Shown here: positions 39,924 to 52,320 of the stretch, one piece after another | How positions within the stretch are numbered: position 1 is the stretch's first letter | How the letters are laid out: each line of letters opens with the position of its first letter | NCBI RefSeq assembly: GCF_006345805.1 | Contig: NC_043001.1 | Location: forward strand, 62,744,001 to 62,808,000 | DNA length: 64,000 nucleotides | Origin: Octopus sinensis | Taxonomy: Eukaryota | Direction: 5' to 3' | Notes under the pieces: model-generated | What the model was told of the DNA's origin: nothing | The model's input: the letters and a program-made list of their open reading frames with translations, nothing else | The model's database searches: none | Position numbers and translations under genes: made by a program

Positions 39924-41647
39924 ACTAGCTTAAGGTGACCCGCTCTATGCGCATGTGAGTGTGTGGTTGTTACTTTCTGTTTCTTATTGCCACATTCTCC
40001 CTCTTTGTTTCTCTCTCACTTTCCCACTCACTTACTCTTCCTTTCTCTTGGACTCTCCCTCGCTTTCTCTTACTCTTTATCTTTCTCTATATATATATCT
40101 CTCCCATTTATAAAAAATTAGATTTCTGTGTTTAAATTACAAATCCGCTTCCACTTTACCATGTTGAAAATTTGATTGAAGTTGGGCAAAAGGTGTCCGA
40201 TCTAGACCCCCAAATGTCCCCCAAAATCAATAATATCCCAGTTTTCACACCAAACCAACCACTGTAGCGACCCAAAACGTCTCCCAATCAGTTTCCCACC
40301 TCAAGTTACCCCCTCCTGTAAATTTTAATCCCCTTCCAGCCCCATTTAGACACCTATTTACATAAAAATCCAATTTGTATCAACATTCACCTTCTTCATT
40401 TTATTGATTAGACAGATATACCCAGCCTTGCTCAGGATTAAAATAGTTTATTATTGTTTTACTTGTTTTGGTATTATAACCCGATTTCATTCAGGTCTAC
40501 ACGGGCCACATTTTAAAAGATGAGGAATTTTGCCCTAGAGGCCATGCCTTTCAATTGAGCAAACTCAAAGTTGCCATTCAAATTCACTAGCACTTTTAAC
40601 ATAGGTGTGCATATTTTCAGCTCAATCCGACCACATATGCACACATTATATATATACATACATATATATTTTTTTTTTCCTTCCCTTACAAGAAGAATGA
40701 ACCCAACCAGAATCTGCCCAGTATTCACTCTATATTGAGTGAGAAAACGGTATGGACGATTTTCTGAGTCTAATAATACTCTGTACGCCTATTTGATTTT
40801 GAAGATTTACAAACATACTTTCCCAGTGATACTCGGTTTACCTACCATTATAAATAATACCAAAGGTTCTTTCTCAAACCTTTCATAATGTGATACAAGT
40901 CTTTGGTGTAGCAATTGCATGCGGCTGAAGAGGGCTTTTAAACTATCTGTTATGTCGATTATACATTGATGTAAGAATAAGTTGTTTTATAAAACTCAAA
41001 ACATGTGTAACGCAACATCCTTTGTGTCCTGTTTTTCATTTTATTTCATTTGATACGTATATATATGTGTGTGTGTGTATATATATACATACGCATTAAA
41101 TATGTACATATATACGCATTATATATACATGTCTACACACACATACACACATATATATATAAATTAACACAATATATCTGATTAATAATATCTTATGATT
41201 GTGTGCTGGTGGTGGGCAATAATAATTCACTGTTCTAAAAGACCTGTAGCAGGAATATTTAAACTTTTGTGGCTGTCAACGCTTTCTTTCTATAGATACA
41301 GACATACAGTGAGAGAGGTGGTGGGAGAAAGAGTAACAGAGAGACGGCGAAGCTGTCAAACGTCGTTATAAAGTGAAAGTGGCAGGAAGGGAGGAAAGAG
41401 ACAAAGGAAGAGAGGGTGATATCTGAAAAAGAGAAACGACAAACACTTGTCAAAGTGTGGGTTTTGTTGCCCTAGTAACCTCGGTTTTTGAGATAGGGAT
41501 TTTTAACCTAGTTCACTCACTTCGTTGCCTCTTTTTACATGTCCCTGTAAATTTTGGAGCCAATCCGATCTGATCTAGTGCCCCTTAACCCGTTCCAATC
41601 CCCAAATCAGACAAACAAACTTTTCGCATTTCAGCTTTATAGATAGA
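39924..41647 (+). mobile_element. Modular non-autonomous Helitron-like element, copy B
   Basis: Begins ACTAGCTTAAGGTGACCCGCTCT directly after another ...CACATTTATTATATTAG end; internal module head ACCCAGCCTTGCTCAGGATTAAAATA at ~40410; ends CGCATTTCAGCTTTATAGATAG. Confidence 0.7.
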
Positions 41648-41694
41648 GAATATGTTTAATTTTGGGGAAACTTTATTTCAATTTAAGTGTATTT

Positions 41695-41745
<51 letters not shown>

Positions 41746-42121
41746 TAAAGAAAGCAAAAAATAAAACAAGAATGATAGTGTTCACTATGTTGGCAACAAG
41801 AATTTCTGTGTCAAAGAGACATGGTTAAACGAAATTGTACATTATTTCCCTCTTTCTCTCACATACCCACTCTTTCTCTCTCTCTTTTATTATTATTCCC
41901 ATTGCCACCATCAACACTACTACTTTTAACAAAGCATCAACTCTCCCTAAATTTCTTTGTCACCTTGTGTCTGTCGTCACCACTGCCCTCATCGTCTTTT
42001 TATCTACTATTACTCTTACTCCATCATGAGGAATAGTAGGAGTGTCATTGAATAGTGAGAGAGGGGGTCTAAGTGTGACACGCTGACACACACAAATTAG
42101 TTTTCACATTTATTATATTAG

Positions 42122-44190
42122 TTTGTAACAGAGAAATGTGTTACAAAATTTATGTTTACATCTCGGTATAAGTTCATCAAATTGGTTAATAATGTTTTCT
42201 TTATTGTCCATAATCATTAGAATTTCTGTTATGCAAAGTGAACACCTATTATTATAACCACTATAGGGTCTCACTCATAGTACTATCAACCATCTGATAG
42301 TGTATTCCATCAATTATTCCCAATGTGAAACCATCAATGAAAACAGCTATCCTAGTTGATAACAGTATGATAGATAATGCAATTAAGTATCTAATGACAA
42401 GGAAAGCCCCTGGTCCATCAAGAATGTTGCTGAGATACTTATCTCTGGCAGAGTAGGATATGGTCTCATCACCTAAATAGTTAATTAGGTTGAGACAGAT
42501 ATCATCTCCAATGATTGATGTAATAGCATTATAGTTAGCTGTTAGAAGATAAAGGAGATACCTCAGATAAAAGTAATTACAGAGACATCAAACAGTTGGA
42601 CCAGGTCATGGAAGTGACAAAGGGAGTTATAGCACATTAAAAACAGAATTAGATTAAATGAGACGCAGTTTGGTTTTGTGCTAGGGAGAAATACAACTGA
42701 TGCTATCTTCTTAGACAACTGCAGAAGTATTTAAGAGTAAAAAATTATACTTGGCATTTGTCAATGTGGAGAAAGCCTTCAATAGAGTACCTTGCTCTAT
42801 AATATGGTGGCCTCTGAGGAAGCTAAGATAGATTAATGGTTTGTGAAAGCTTTGCAGGCCATGTGCAATGGTGCTCTCAGCAAGGTGGGTGTTAACCATG
42901 ATTATAGTGGTGAATTCAGTGTGCAGGTAGGCATATACCAGAGCTCAGTTCTCAGTCTCCTTCTATTAATCATTGTCCTTTGAGCCATAACAAGGGAATT
43001 TAAAACTGGCTGCCCCTAGGAACTACTATATGCTGATAATTTCATTCACATAATATGCTCCATTGGATGTGCAATGCTAGTGCGTTTGTACAACAAAGTG
43101 CAAATATATTGAAAGAAATGTTAGGTATAAGAGGAATCAGATGTAGCATGCAAAAGAGAAGACTGCTCTGGTTTGGTTATATGAGGTGTATGAATGAGGA
43201 TAGCTGCATAAAGAAGTGCATGGTACTTGTGGAAGATGTAGACCCAGCAGGACGTGAGACAAAGTATTAAGGGCTGATCTCAAGATGCTGAGCCTTACAG
43301 AAGAAATGATTGGCATTTTGTTGTGCTTAAGAAACAGTTCAAGACCTGTCCATTACAGCAAAAGATGATTATTCTAAAACTACTTGCTTGTACGTAAGTG
43401 TGAGGCTCTGTCCCAACCATATTTTATCCCTCCCTCATCTATGGTACTACACAGCTGCTGCACTCACATGAGAACAGAATCAGCCCATATTTCATCCGAC
43501 ATTGTCCCACATTCCGTATTATCTCTGCCCATACTATTTCAACCAATCTTACCCACCTCTCCTTATTTCTATGCCTTCAGCCACTACTCTCTTTCCCTTC
43601 CACTAAACTCCACTCTTATCTGCTGTAATTTTCAGTGCCCCATACCTATCATCATGAGCCATAGCCCCTTATGTATCCATTTATATCCCTTACCACTGCT
43701 CCTGCTCTTACACCTTGCACATACTTTCTGTATCCCTCTATCATACTTTAGCCTTTCAACACCTGCATAAAGCCATCCCTTCCCCTTCCAAATACTTCTT
43801 CTTAGTAGAGGGAGCTTTTTCCTTTTCTGTTCTTTTGTCTTCCAAGTTTCAGGCAACATCACTAGAGCCAGTGGCATGTAAAAAAGCACCTAGTATACTC
43901 TGTAAAGTGATAGGTGTTAGGAAAGGTATTATGCCCTAGAAACCATACCAAAGGTGACATTGGAGCTTGTTGTACCATGAAGCTTACTGGTTCCCTTTTT
44001 AAACTATGCAATCCACGCCAGCATGGAAAGTAGACGTTAAATGATAATGATGTGCTATTAGTCTTAACCTTAGACCTAAAAATTAAATGATGATTACATT
44101 ATCTCACCTTGAAGTTTGTGCTTGAAGCATCTATGTAAACATATCTAGACTGGTGAGTGGTAATTATACATTGGTAGACTATGTTTTTTA
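42122..44190 (-). mobile_element. Inverted Penelope 3' segment (pseudo-LTR) in two pieces, 42122-42322 and 44052-44190, split by an RTE
   Basis: Both pieces are reverse complements of 45125-45335; minus-strand RPYSGYNNRCSLCITEI...LIPRCKHKF. Confidence 0.8.
42330..44050 (+). mobile_element. RTE LINE with internal deletion and long pyrimidine-rich 3'UTR
   Basis: NYRDIKQLDQVM, LYLAFVNVEKAFNRVP, LLYAD, then a jump to WMCNAS...RLLWFG; tail at 43865-44050. Confidence 0.85.
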
Positions 44191-44199
44191 ATTTTCCCC

Positions 44200-45335
44200 A
44201 GCTGCTATGTGCTCTCTATAGGGATGATCCTCCATTTTATGTCCAGGGTTGTAACAATAGTGAAGTCAAGTGCTCTAGAATGAGAATTAGATATTTCATC
44301 AAGAACATGGCTCTACATATCTCTTTTAGTTATCACCTTAAAACTGCTGACTGCTTAGATGTCACATTTGAAATGCACAACTCACAAACCAGGTGAGAAC
44401 CTCAATTACATCATTTTTCATTCTGATCATGGTTGTTCTGTTCTCAACTTGCTAGTTGGTAGTGTATTAGACATCTTCAATCAGTATGCGCACTACTATA
44501 AAAACGCAATCTGGCCCAGTAATATTTTAAATGATTGGACTAAGCCAGGACCCATTCTTTGTAACCTGAATTTCAGTAATTCCAATATGTTGAGGAATCA
44601 CATTAGACAAAAAAATATAATCTGGTCTCATCCACCCTTCACCCTCAATATTCAGAGCAGAATACCTAATCTACATTTTGCTTTATTAGAGAAACACCCA
44701 TTTATTGTGGGTATAGGGAGATTCTTAACCCCCAGTCCATTAAGCTGTTGCATTCTACAACCTCTAATGTTGTCAACATATGTAGTATTAATAATAGACA
44801 ACTATATAATTTTCCAGTGGTTAGAACTAGCATTACCTGTATAAAATTTAACAAACCCATTAAACTCTTGTTATCTGAGGGAACAACTGGTACCCTGAAC
44901 GATGAAGTAGCATCCAGTGTATGCTTAGCTCTACATAATGGACAAAATTATATTACAAAACCTATGAATAATGATATCCTTAATGGTGATCATCTTTTGG
45001 TGGCACTAACAATAACTACACTTACATTAACAACACTATTTGTGTCAACACCGGAGGCATTTTCAATGTAACAGTAAATGCCCCTCCTCCTGTCCATTAT
45101 ATAAATGTCTAATTGGAGATTTTTTTTTTCCAATGCATAGTTACCAATCTAGTTATATTTATGTAGATGCTTCAAGCATGGACTTCAATTTTTAGGTAAG
45201 GCTAATTGCACATCATTATCAAAATGAATTTGAAAATTAAAGAACTTGATGGAATATACTATTGGATGGTTGATAGTACTACAAATGAGACCCTATAGTG
45301 GTTATAATAATAGGTGCTCACTTTAGATAGAAGAA
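44200..45335 (+). mobile_element. Penelope-like element, 3' part (linker + GIY-YIG)
   Basis: QKNIIWSHPPFTLNIQSRIPNLHFALLEKH, YQCIVT..YIYVDASS.DF (GIY-YIG-like), RPYSGYNNRCSL. Confidence 0.75.
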
Positions 45336-45354
45336 ATTTTATATGCATATATAT

Positions 45355-47570
45355 ATCATCATCATCATCATCATTGTCGTCGTTTAATGTCTGTTTTCCA
45401 TGCTAGCATGGGTTGGATGATTCAACCGGGGTCTGGGAAGCCAAGAGGCTGCACCATGCTCCAGTCTGATCTGGCAGTGTTTCTACAGCTGGATGCCCTT
45501 CCTAACACCAACCACTCCATGAGTGTAGTGGGTGCTTTTTACGTGCTACTGGCACAGGGGCCAGAGGAAGCTGGCAATGGCCACGATTGGTTGGTGCTTT
45601 TTACATGCCACCAGCACTGAAGCCAGTCAAGGCAGCACTGGCATAGGCCACATATGGATGGTGCTTTTTACGTGCCACTGGCACGGGTATCACAGCTACA
45701 ATTTCCATTTGATTTTTAACTTGATGTTGATGTACTTGATTCAATAGGTTTCCTCAAGCACAGCAGGTCGCTCTACGATCCAAGGTAAGCACAGCAGGTC
45801 ATCTTATGATCCAAGGTACTTTTAAATGGGCTGGAGCTGGTTATGCAAAACTGGTGTAAGTTACAGCCACGAACTCACTTTATTTGTCAGGTCTTCACAG
45901 TCACAGCATATCTTCAGAGGCCTTGGTCTTTCATCAATGCCTCTGAGAAGCCCAATGTTCGAAGGTCATGCTTAACCATCTCATCCCATGTCTTCCTGGA
46001 TCTGCCTCTATCCCGGATTCCTTCAACTATTTGGGAATGGCACTTCTTCACACATTTCTCTTCATCCATTCATAGTACATGATCATACCAGCGCTAACGT
46101 CTCTCTTGCACACCACATCTGATGCTTCTTATGTCCAACATTTCTCTCGGGGTGCTTACACTCTGTCATGTGTGCACACTGACATTACACATCCAGCGGA
46201 TCATGCTAGCTTCATTTCTTTCAATCTTATGCATGTCCTCTGCAGTTACAGCTCATGTTTCACTGCCGTGAAGCATGGCAGTTAACACACATGCATCATA
46301 CAATCTACCTTTCACTCTGAGTGAGAGGCCCTTTGTCACCAGTAGGGATAGAAGCTTTCTAAACTCTGCCCAGGCTATTCTTATTCTAGTGGTAACACTC
46401 TCTGAGCATCCACCCCCACTACTAACTTGGTCACGTATGTAGCGGAAGCTATCAACTACTAGTTTCTCCCCCTGGAGTGTAATGGAATCTGTTTTCTGAG
46501 CATCTGTGGTGTTTATTGCCCCTGTGCATCTGCTGCACACGAAAGCTATCTTCTTGGTTAATCTTCCTTTGATGTTGCTGCACCTCTTATGTGTCCATAG
46601 CTTACACTGGGTACATCTTATGGAGTTTCTACCTACACCTTTTCTACAGATCGAGCAGGGCCACCTACCTGAGGGGGTATATGATGAGTTCACCTTCCTA
46701 CTCCCTAGAACTTTGGACTTTGCTACATTGATTCTAAACCTTGCTTCCACACCCGGAATTTCTTTTCTAGTTCTGGTAGTGATTCTGCTATGAGGGCCAG
46801 GTCATCAGCATAGAGAAGATCCCAGGGAGCAATCTGTTTTGTATTCCTCTGTTATTGCCAGGAGGACTATGGTGAATAAAAGGGGACTGAGGGCTGAACC
46901 TTGGTGGACTCTTACTTCTACCCAGAATTCTTCACTATACTCATTGCCAATCCTAACCTTACTAACGCCTCTCTGTACAGGGCCTGTACAGCCCTTATTA
47001 ACCATTCGTCAATCTCCAGTTTCCACATCGCCCACCAGATAAGGGATCAAGGGACCCTGTCAAAGGCTTTCTTCAAGTCCACAAAAGCTAAGTAGAGGGG
47101 TTTATCTTTAGCTAAGTATTTCTCCAGCAGTTGTCGAATAAGGAATATGGCATCAGTGGTGCTTCTACTCAGCACAGAACCAAACTGCATCTCATCTAAG
47201 CAGACTCTTTCCCTAATGAGATGGGCTATGACCCTCTCTATGACCTTCATCACCTGATCCAGCAGTTTGATACCCCTGTGGTTATTTCTATCTAAAGCAT
47301 CACCTTTACCCTTGTAGCAGTTGACTATGGTGCTGCTACACCAGTCATTGGGTATGACTCCATCATGAACTACCTGGTTTACTAGGCCAGATATTTGAAG
47401 CATCTCAGCAGTGATTCCTGATTGGCCGGGGGCTTTACCTGGCTTCATACCCTTAATTGCTTTATCTACCAGGGAGCTGTCTATTTGGAGAGCTGGTCCC
47501 TCTGCTGGGTCAACATTTGGCAGGCTCTCCTCCTCCCATTCATTCTCCACGTCCAGCAGTCTTTCATAAT
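45355..47570 (-). mobile_element. RTE LINE (RT with PHD insertion through tail), few disruptions
   Basis: NNHRGIKLLDQVMK, YLAFVDLKKAFDRVP, VHQGSALSPLLF, RINVAKSKVL-PHD-VVDSFRY, LYDACVLTAMLHGSET; tail at 45355-45700. Confidence 0.95.
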
Positions 47571-48261
47571 GGCTTTTATATATATACATACACACACACA
47601 TATATATATATCAAGAGAAGGCAAATGATGTTTCAAGCTTACAACAACTGTTTCAGTAGAAATTTATTGATGTCATAGATTACATCATAGCATAAATCTA
47701 CTATCTTCAAGTAAAATTGTAAGCACGTAAGTTGTTAAGCAGGTGAGATTTCATACATCAAACATGATGAATCCAGCATTATTAGATAAGTTGCATTTTA
47801 AAAAGTTAACATTCACATTTATAGGAAAATTAGAAGGTGAGGCTTGAATGAGCATGTGGGCATGTGAGGAGTACAGATAATACAAATATATTATTTAAAT
47901 TCACTTACCTAAATTACTTTATGGTTAATGTTAGCACTGAGAACTTACAAGAGTCACACACATGCTGTATTCTTGTGTTGACCTTAAACGTTGTTAGAAC
48001 CAAGCAAATATTTTGTTAGTTAAGTGAGATACAAAGAGACAAGTTTCAAGGTAGCAGAAAGCCATATAACTGTCAGCAGTGTTTCTACTATCCAACTTAA
48101 GTACAATAGGTACACATATATTCACACTACAAGACACACACACACACACACATAAACATATACATCTATATGTACCCACATATACATATATGTAAACACA
48201 TACACGTGTGTTAGGAGGGTGTATGAACATATATACTTACACACAATACACGCGGGTGTAC

Positions 48262-50470
48262 ATCATCATCATTGTTTAACATCCGCCTTCCATGTTAGCA
48301 TAGGTTGGACGTTTTGACAGGAGCTGGCCAGGCAGGAGACTGCACCAGGCTTCTGTGCCTGTTTTGGCAAGGTTTTTACAGTTGGATGCCCTTCTGATCC
48401 CCAACCACCCATCAGGGTGGACTCAGTGCATTTTACGTGGCACAAGCACAAATGAGGTCAATTTTGGTATGGTTGTTACAGTTGGATATCATTTCAAACA
48501 CCATTCACTTTACAGTGTGGACTAGATGCTTTGTATGTAGCATCAGTACTGGCAAGATCACCAAGTAACTTGCAAGACAAAGATCCTTTGAGAGGAGAAA
48601 GGGCATTGGAGGAAGTTATCTTGTGTCAGATAATGAGGCAGACAGAAACAGATGTCATGATGTAGAGAAGGTACATAGTTACCCGGCCAGAGAGAGAGAG
48701 ATTGATCAAGAATGAAGACAGAAACAGGTGTGCTTCTGTAAAGGAGTTATGTGGTTACCCAGCCACAAGAAAGAGGAGTGAGAGAATGGGAGCAAGACTG
48801 CAAAAGAAAGCAGGGGAGAGATGGTGGCAGAGTGCCGGGCATACTCACAGAGGTCGGGGATCAGAATATAAAAGAGATAGTAGAGTAAAAAATGGAAAAG
48901 ATAGATGGTGGCAAGTGCCAAGGCATACCCTTGAAGTACAGAGATCATAATATAAGTGGCAGGGCATTGCCATAGCAGCATGAGTAGAGAATGGGAGTGG
49001 GGAATGCAGTGAGTGGTGAAAACCTGGGTGTGTGGGGTATACTGGATAGCAATGGTACAGTGAGCAGGACCATGAGGACAAGATTGGGGAGTGATAGATA
49101 AGTATAGTGCTTGAAAGAGTAAATATGTGGAAGAGAAGTGATGTAGTTTGGATTGTGTGTGAAAAGCTTTCTTGTTATGTGTGGGTGGAGCACACAGCAC
49201 TTCTAGAACTCAGTTTCGCTGATGTGGGTTCATTTCCTTTGTGAGGCCTAACATCTTGAGAACAGTCTCCACCACTTCATCCTATGTCTTCCAGGGTCTC
49301 ACTCATCCATCCACTTTCAGTGATCAGCACTTCTTTATACAGCTGTCTTCATTCATACACATCACATGTCTAAACTAGTCTTCTCTCTTGCACGCTGCAT
49401 TTGATACTTCTTATGCCCAACCTTTCTTTCAATATGTTTGCACATTCAACAGATCAGACTGCCTTCATTTCTCTCCAGTTTAAGCATTTCTTCTGCATTC
49501 CAGAGCCCATGTCTCACTACCATGGAGTATAGCCATTCACACACAAGCATCATACAGTCTATTTTTCACTCTGAGAAAGAGTCCTTTGTTACCAACAGAA
49601 GTAATAGCTCTCTGAACTTCCTCCATCATATCCTTATCCTAGAAACAATACTTTCAGACCATCCTCCACTATTGCCAATTTGGTCACCTAGGTAACAGAA
49701 ACTATCTATAACCTTAAGAGAGACCCTGGACATTTGAGAGAGTCTAAGTTCCATATGCTCTTAGTGTTTATTTTTCCTGCACATCAGACACATAGAAAGA
49801 TGACTTTATCTGTTAATCTAACTGAGATTCTGCTGCATCTCTTATGTGTCTATAGCTTACACTGGATGCAGCAAATGGAATTATTTCCAACTCCTTTCCT
49901 ACATACTGAGCAGGGTCATTTACCTGATGGAAAGAAAGTTTTATCTTCTTCCTTGCTAACAACACCTTTAGTCTTTGCTAGGTTAACTTTAAGGTCCTTT
50001 GATTCCAAGTTTGGCTTCTATACCTAGAATTCCTTCTCCAGTTCTGCTACAGATTCTGCAATAAGAGCAAGGTCATCAGCATAAAGTAGTTCTCAAGGGT
50101 ATTCAGTTTTGAATTCCTCTCTTATGGCTTGGAGAAGTATAATGAATAAGAGTGAGATGAGAGCTGAACCTTAGTGAGCCCCTACTTGTATGCTACATTC
50201 ATTACTATTTATGGCTGACTCTACCCTTACTGACAGTACCACTCTAACAAGCCACTCCTCTATTCCTAACTTCCTTAGAGACTACCAGGTAACAGAGCAG
50301 GGGATTCTATCAAAAGCTTTCTCTAGGTTGACGAAGCTAAGGACAATGGCTTACTTTTGACCAAATACTTTACCTGCAGGTATCTCATGAGGAAGATGGC
50401 ATCCATGGTACTCTTCCCAAGTACAAAACCAAACTGTATCTCCTGTAATTTAATTCTATTCCTAATCAAT
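48262..50470 (-). mobile_element. Degraded RTE LINE with long 3'UTR
   Basis: RT remnants (STMDAIFLMRYLQVKYL, ELLYADDLALIA), degraded PHD at ~49780-49930, purine-rich UTR at 48580-49200, tail at 48262-48450. Confidence 0.85.
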
Positions 50471-50603
50471 TGAACTTTGTGTACATACAGAAATATATAA
50501 ATGCACACACACGCATAGATATATTCAATATACTTGTGTACATTTACACCCATACATATATCTATATCTACGAACACTCACACACACACATGCATACTAC
50601 AAG

Positions 50604-50657
<54 letters not shown>

Positions 50658-50819
50658 CATGCATATATATATATATATATATACATACATGCATATATAT
50701 ATTATATATATACATACATGCATATATATATATTATATATATACATACATGCATATATATATATATTATATATATATATATGCTCAGAGATTTATTATTG
50801 TATATATATATATATATAT

Positions 50820-52318
50820 AGTCCTAATAGGTAGGAAGGCAGGCAAACCACAAATCCCTTCAGGTAGATGGCCCTGCTCAATCTGTAGTAGAGGCATAGG
50901 TAGAAACTCTATAAGATGTACCCAGTGTAAGCTATGGACACATAAGAGGTGCAGCAATATCAAAGGGAGGCTAACTGGGAAGATAGTTTTTGTATGTGGC
51001 AGATGCTCGGGAGCAATAAACACTGAAAATGCACAAAGACCAGCTTCCGCCTCATTCCAGGGAGAAAAACTAGAAGTAGTCGATAGCTTCCGTTATTCGG
51101 GGACCAAGTCAGTAGCGGAGGTGGGTGCGCTGAAATTGTAGCTGCTAGAATAAGAATAGCTTGGGCAAAGTTCAGAGAGCTCTTACCTCTGCTGGCGACA
51201 AAGGGCCTCTCGCTGAGTAAAAGGTAGACTGTATGACGTTTGTGTATGAACAGCCATACTACACGGCAGTGAAACATGGGCTGTGACTGCTGAGGACATG
51301 CGTAAGCTTGCAAGGAATGAAGCCAGTATGATCCGATGGATGTGTAATGTCAGTGTGCATACTCGACTGAGTGTAAGTACCTTGAGAGAAAAGTTGAACC
51401 TCACAAGCATCAGATGTGGTGTGCAAGAGAGACAACTGCGCTGGTATGGTCATCTGGTGAGAATGGATGAGGACAGCTGTGTGAAAAAGTGCCACACCCT
51501 AGTGGTTGAGGGAACCTGTGGAAGAGGTAGACCCAGGAAGACCTGGGATGAAGTGGTGAAGCACGACCTTCGAACTTTAGGCCTCACCAAGGAAATGACT
51601 AGTGACCAAGACCTTTGGAAATATGCCGTGCATGAGAAAACCCGGCAAGCCAAATGAAACCATAATCTCATGGCCTATGCCAGGGGCATAACCAGCCCAC
51701 TTGTATGTAACCTTTTCCTTCCTTGGTCACTAAAACTCTGCTTGCGAAGACCTGTTGAGGCAAGCAAAATCAAAATCAAATTCAATGACTGGTGTCCGTG
51801 TTGACATGGTGCAAAGAGCACCATACGAGCATGATCATTGACAGAGCAGCTAACTGGCTTCCGTGCCAGTGGCATTTAAAGGGCACCATTCGAGTGTGAT
51901 CGTTACCAGCGTCGCCTTACTGGCACTTGTGCCCGTGCTAGTAGGGTGCCAAGAGTACCATCCCAGTGTGATCGTTGCCAGAGCAGTCAACTGGCTTCCA
52001 TGCCAGTGGCATGTAAAAGGGCACCATTCGAGCGTGATCGTTACCAAAGTCGCCTTACTGGCACCTGTGCTGGTGGCATGTGTAAAAGGATTCGAGTGAG
52101 GTCGTTGCCAGTACCGCCTGACTGGCCCCCGTGCCGGTGGCACGTAACAAGCACCCACTACACTCTTGGAGTGGTTGGCGTTAGGAAGGGCATCCAGCTG
52201 TAGAAACTCGGCCAAATCAAGATTGGAGACTGGTGCAACCATCATGTTCGCCAGTCCTCAGTCAAAATTGTCCAACCCATGCCAGCATGGAAAACGGACG
52301 TTAAACGATGATGATGAT
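50820..52318 (+). mobile_element. 5'-truncated young RTE (PHD + RT C-terminus + expanded tail)
   Basis: [30 protein letters not shown]..., ORF 51283-51657, tail ending GACGTTAAACGATGATGATGATG. Confidence 0.95.
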
Positions 52319-52320
52319 GT

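Noticed and set aside
51790-52160. Repeat-spacer-like array resembling CRISPR
   Set aside because: The units are degenerate and the spacers are themselves repeated; eukaryotic LINE 3'UTR context; no cas genes.
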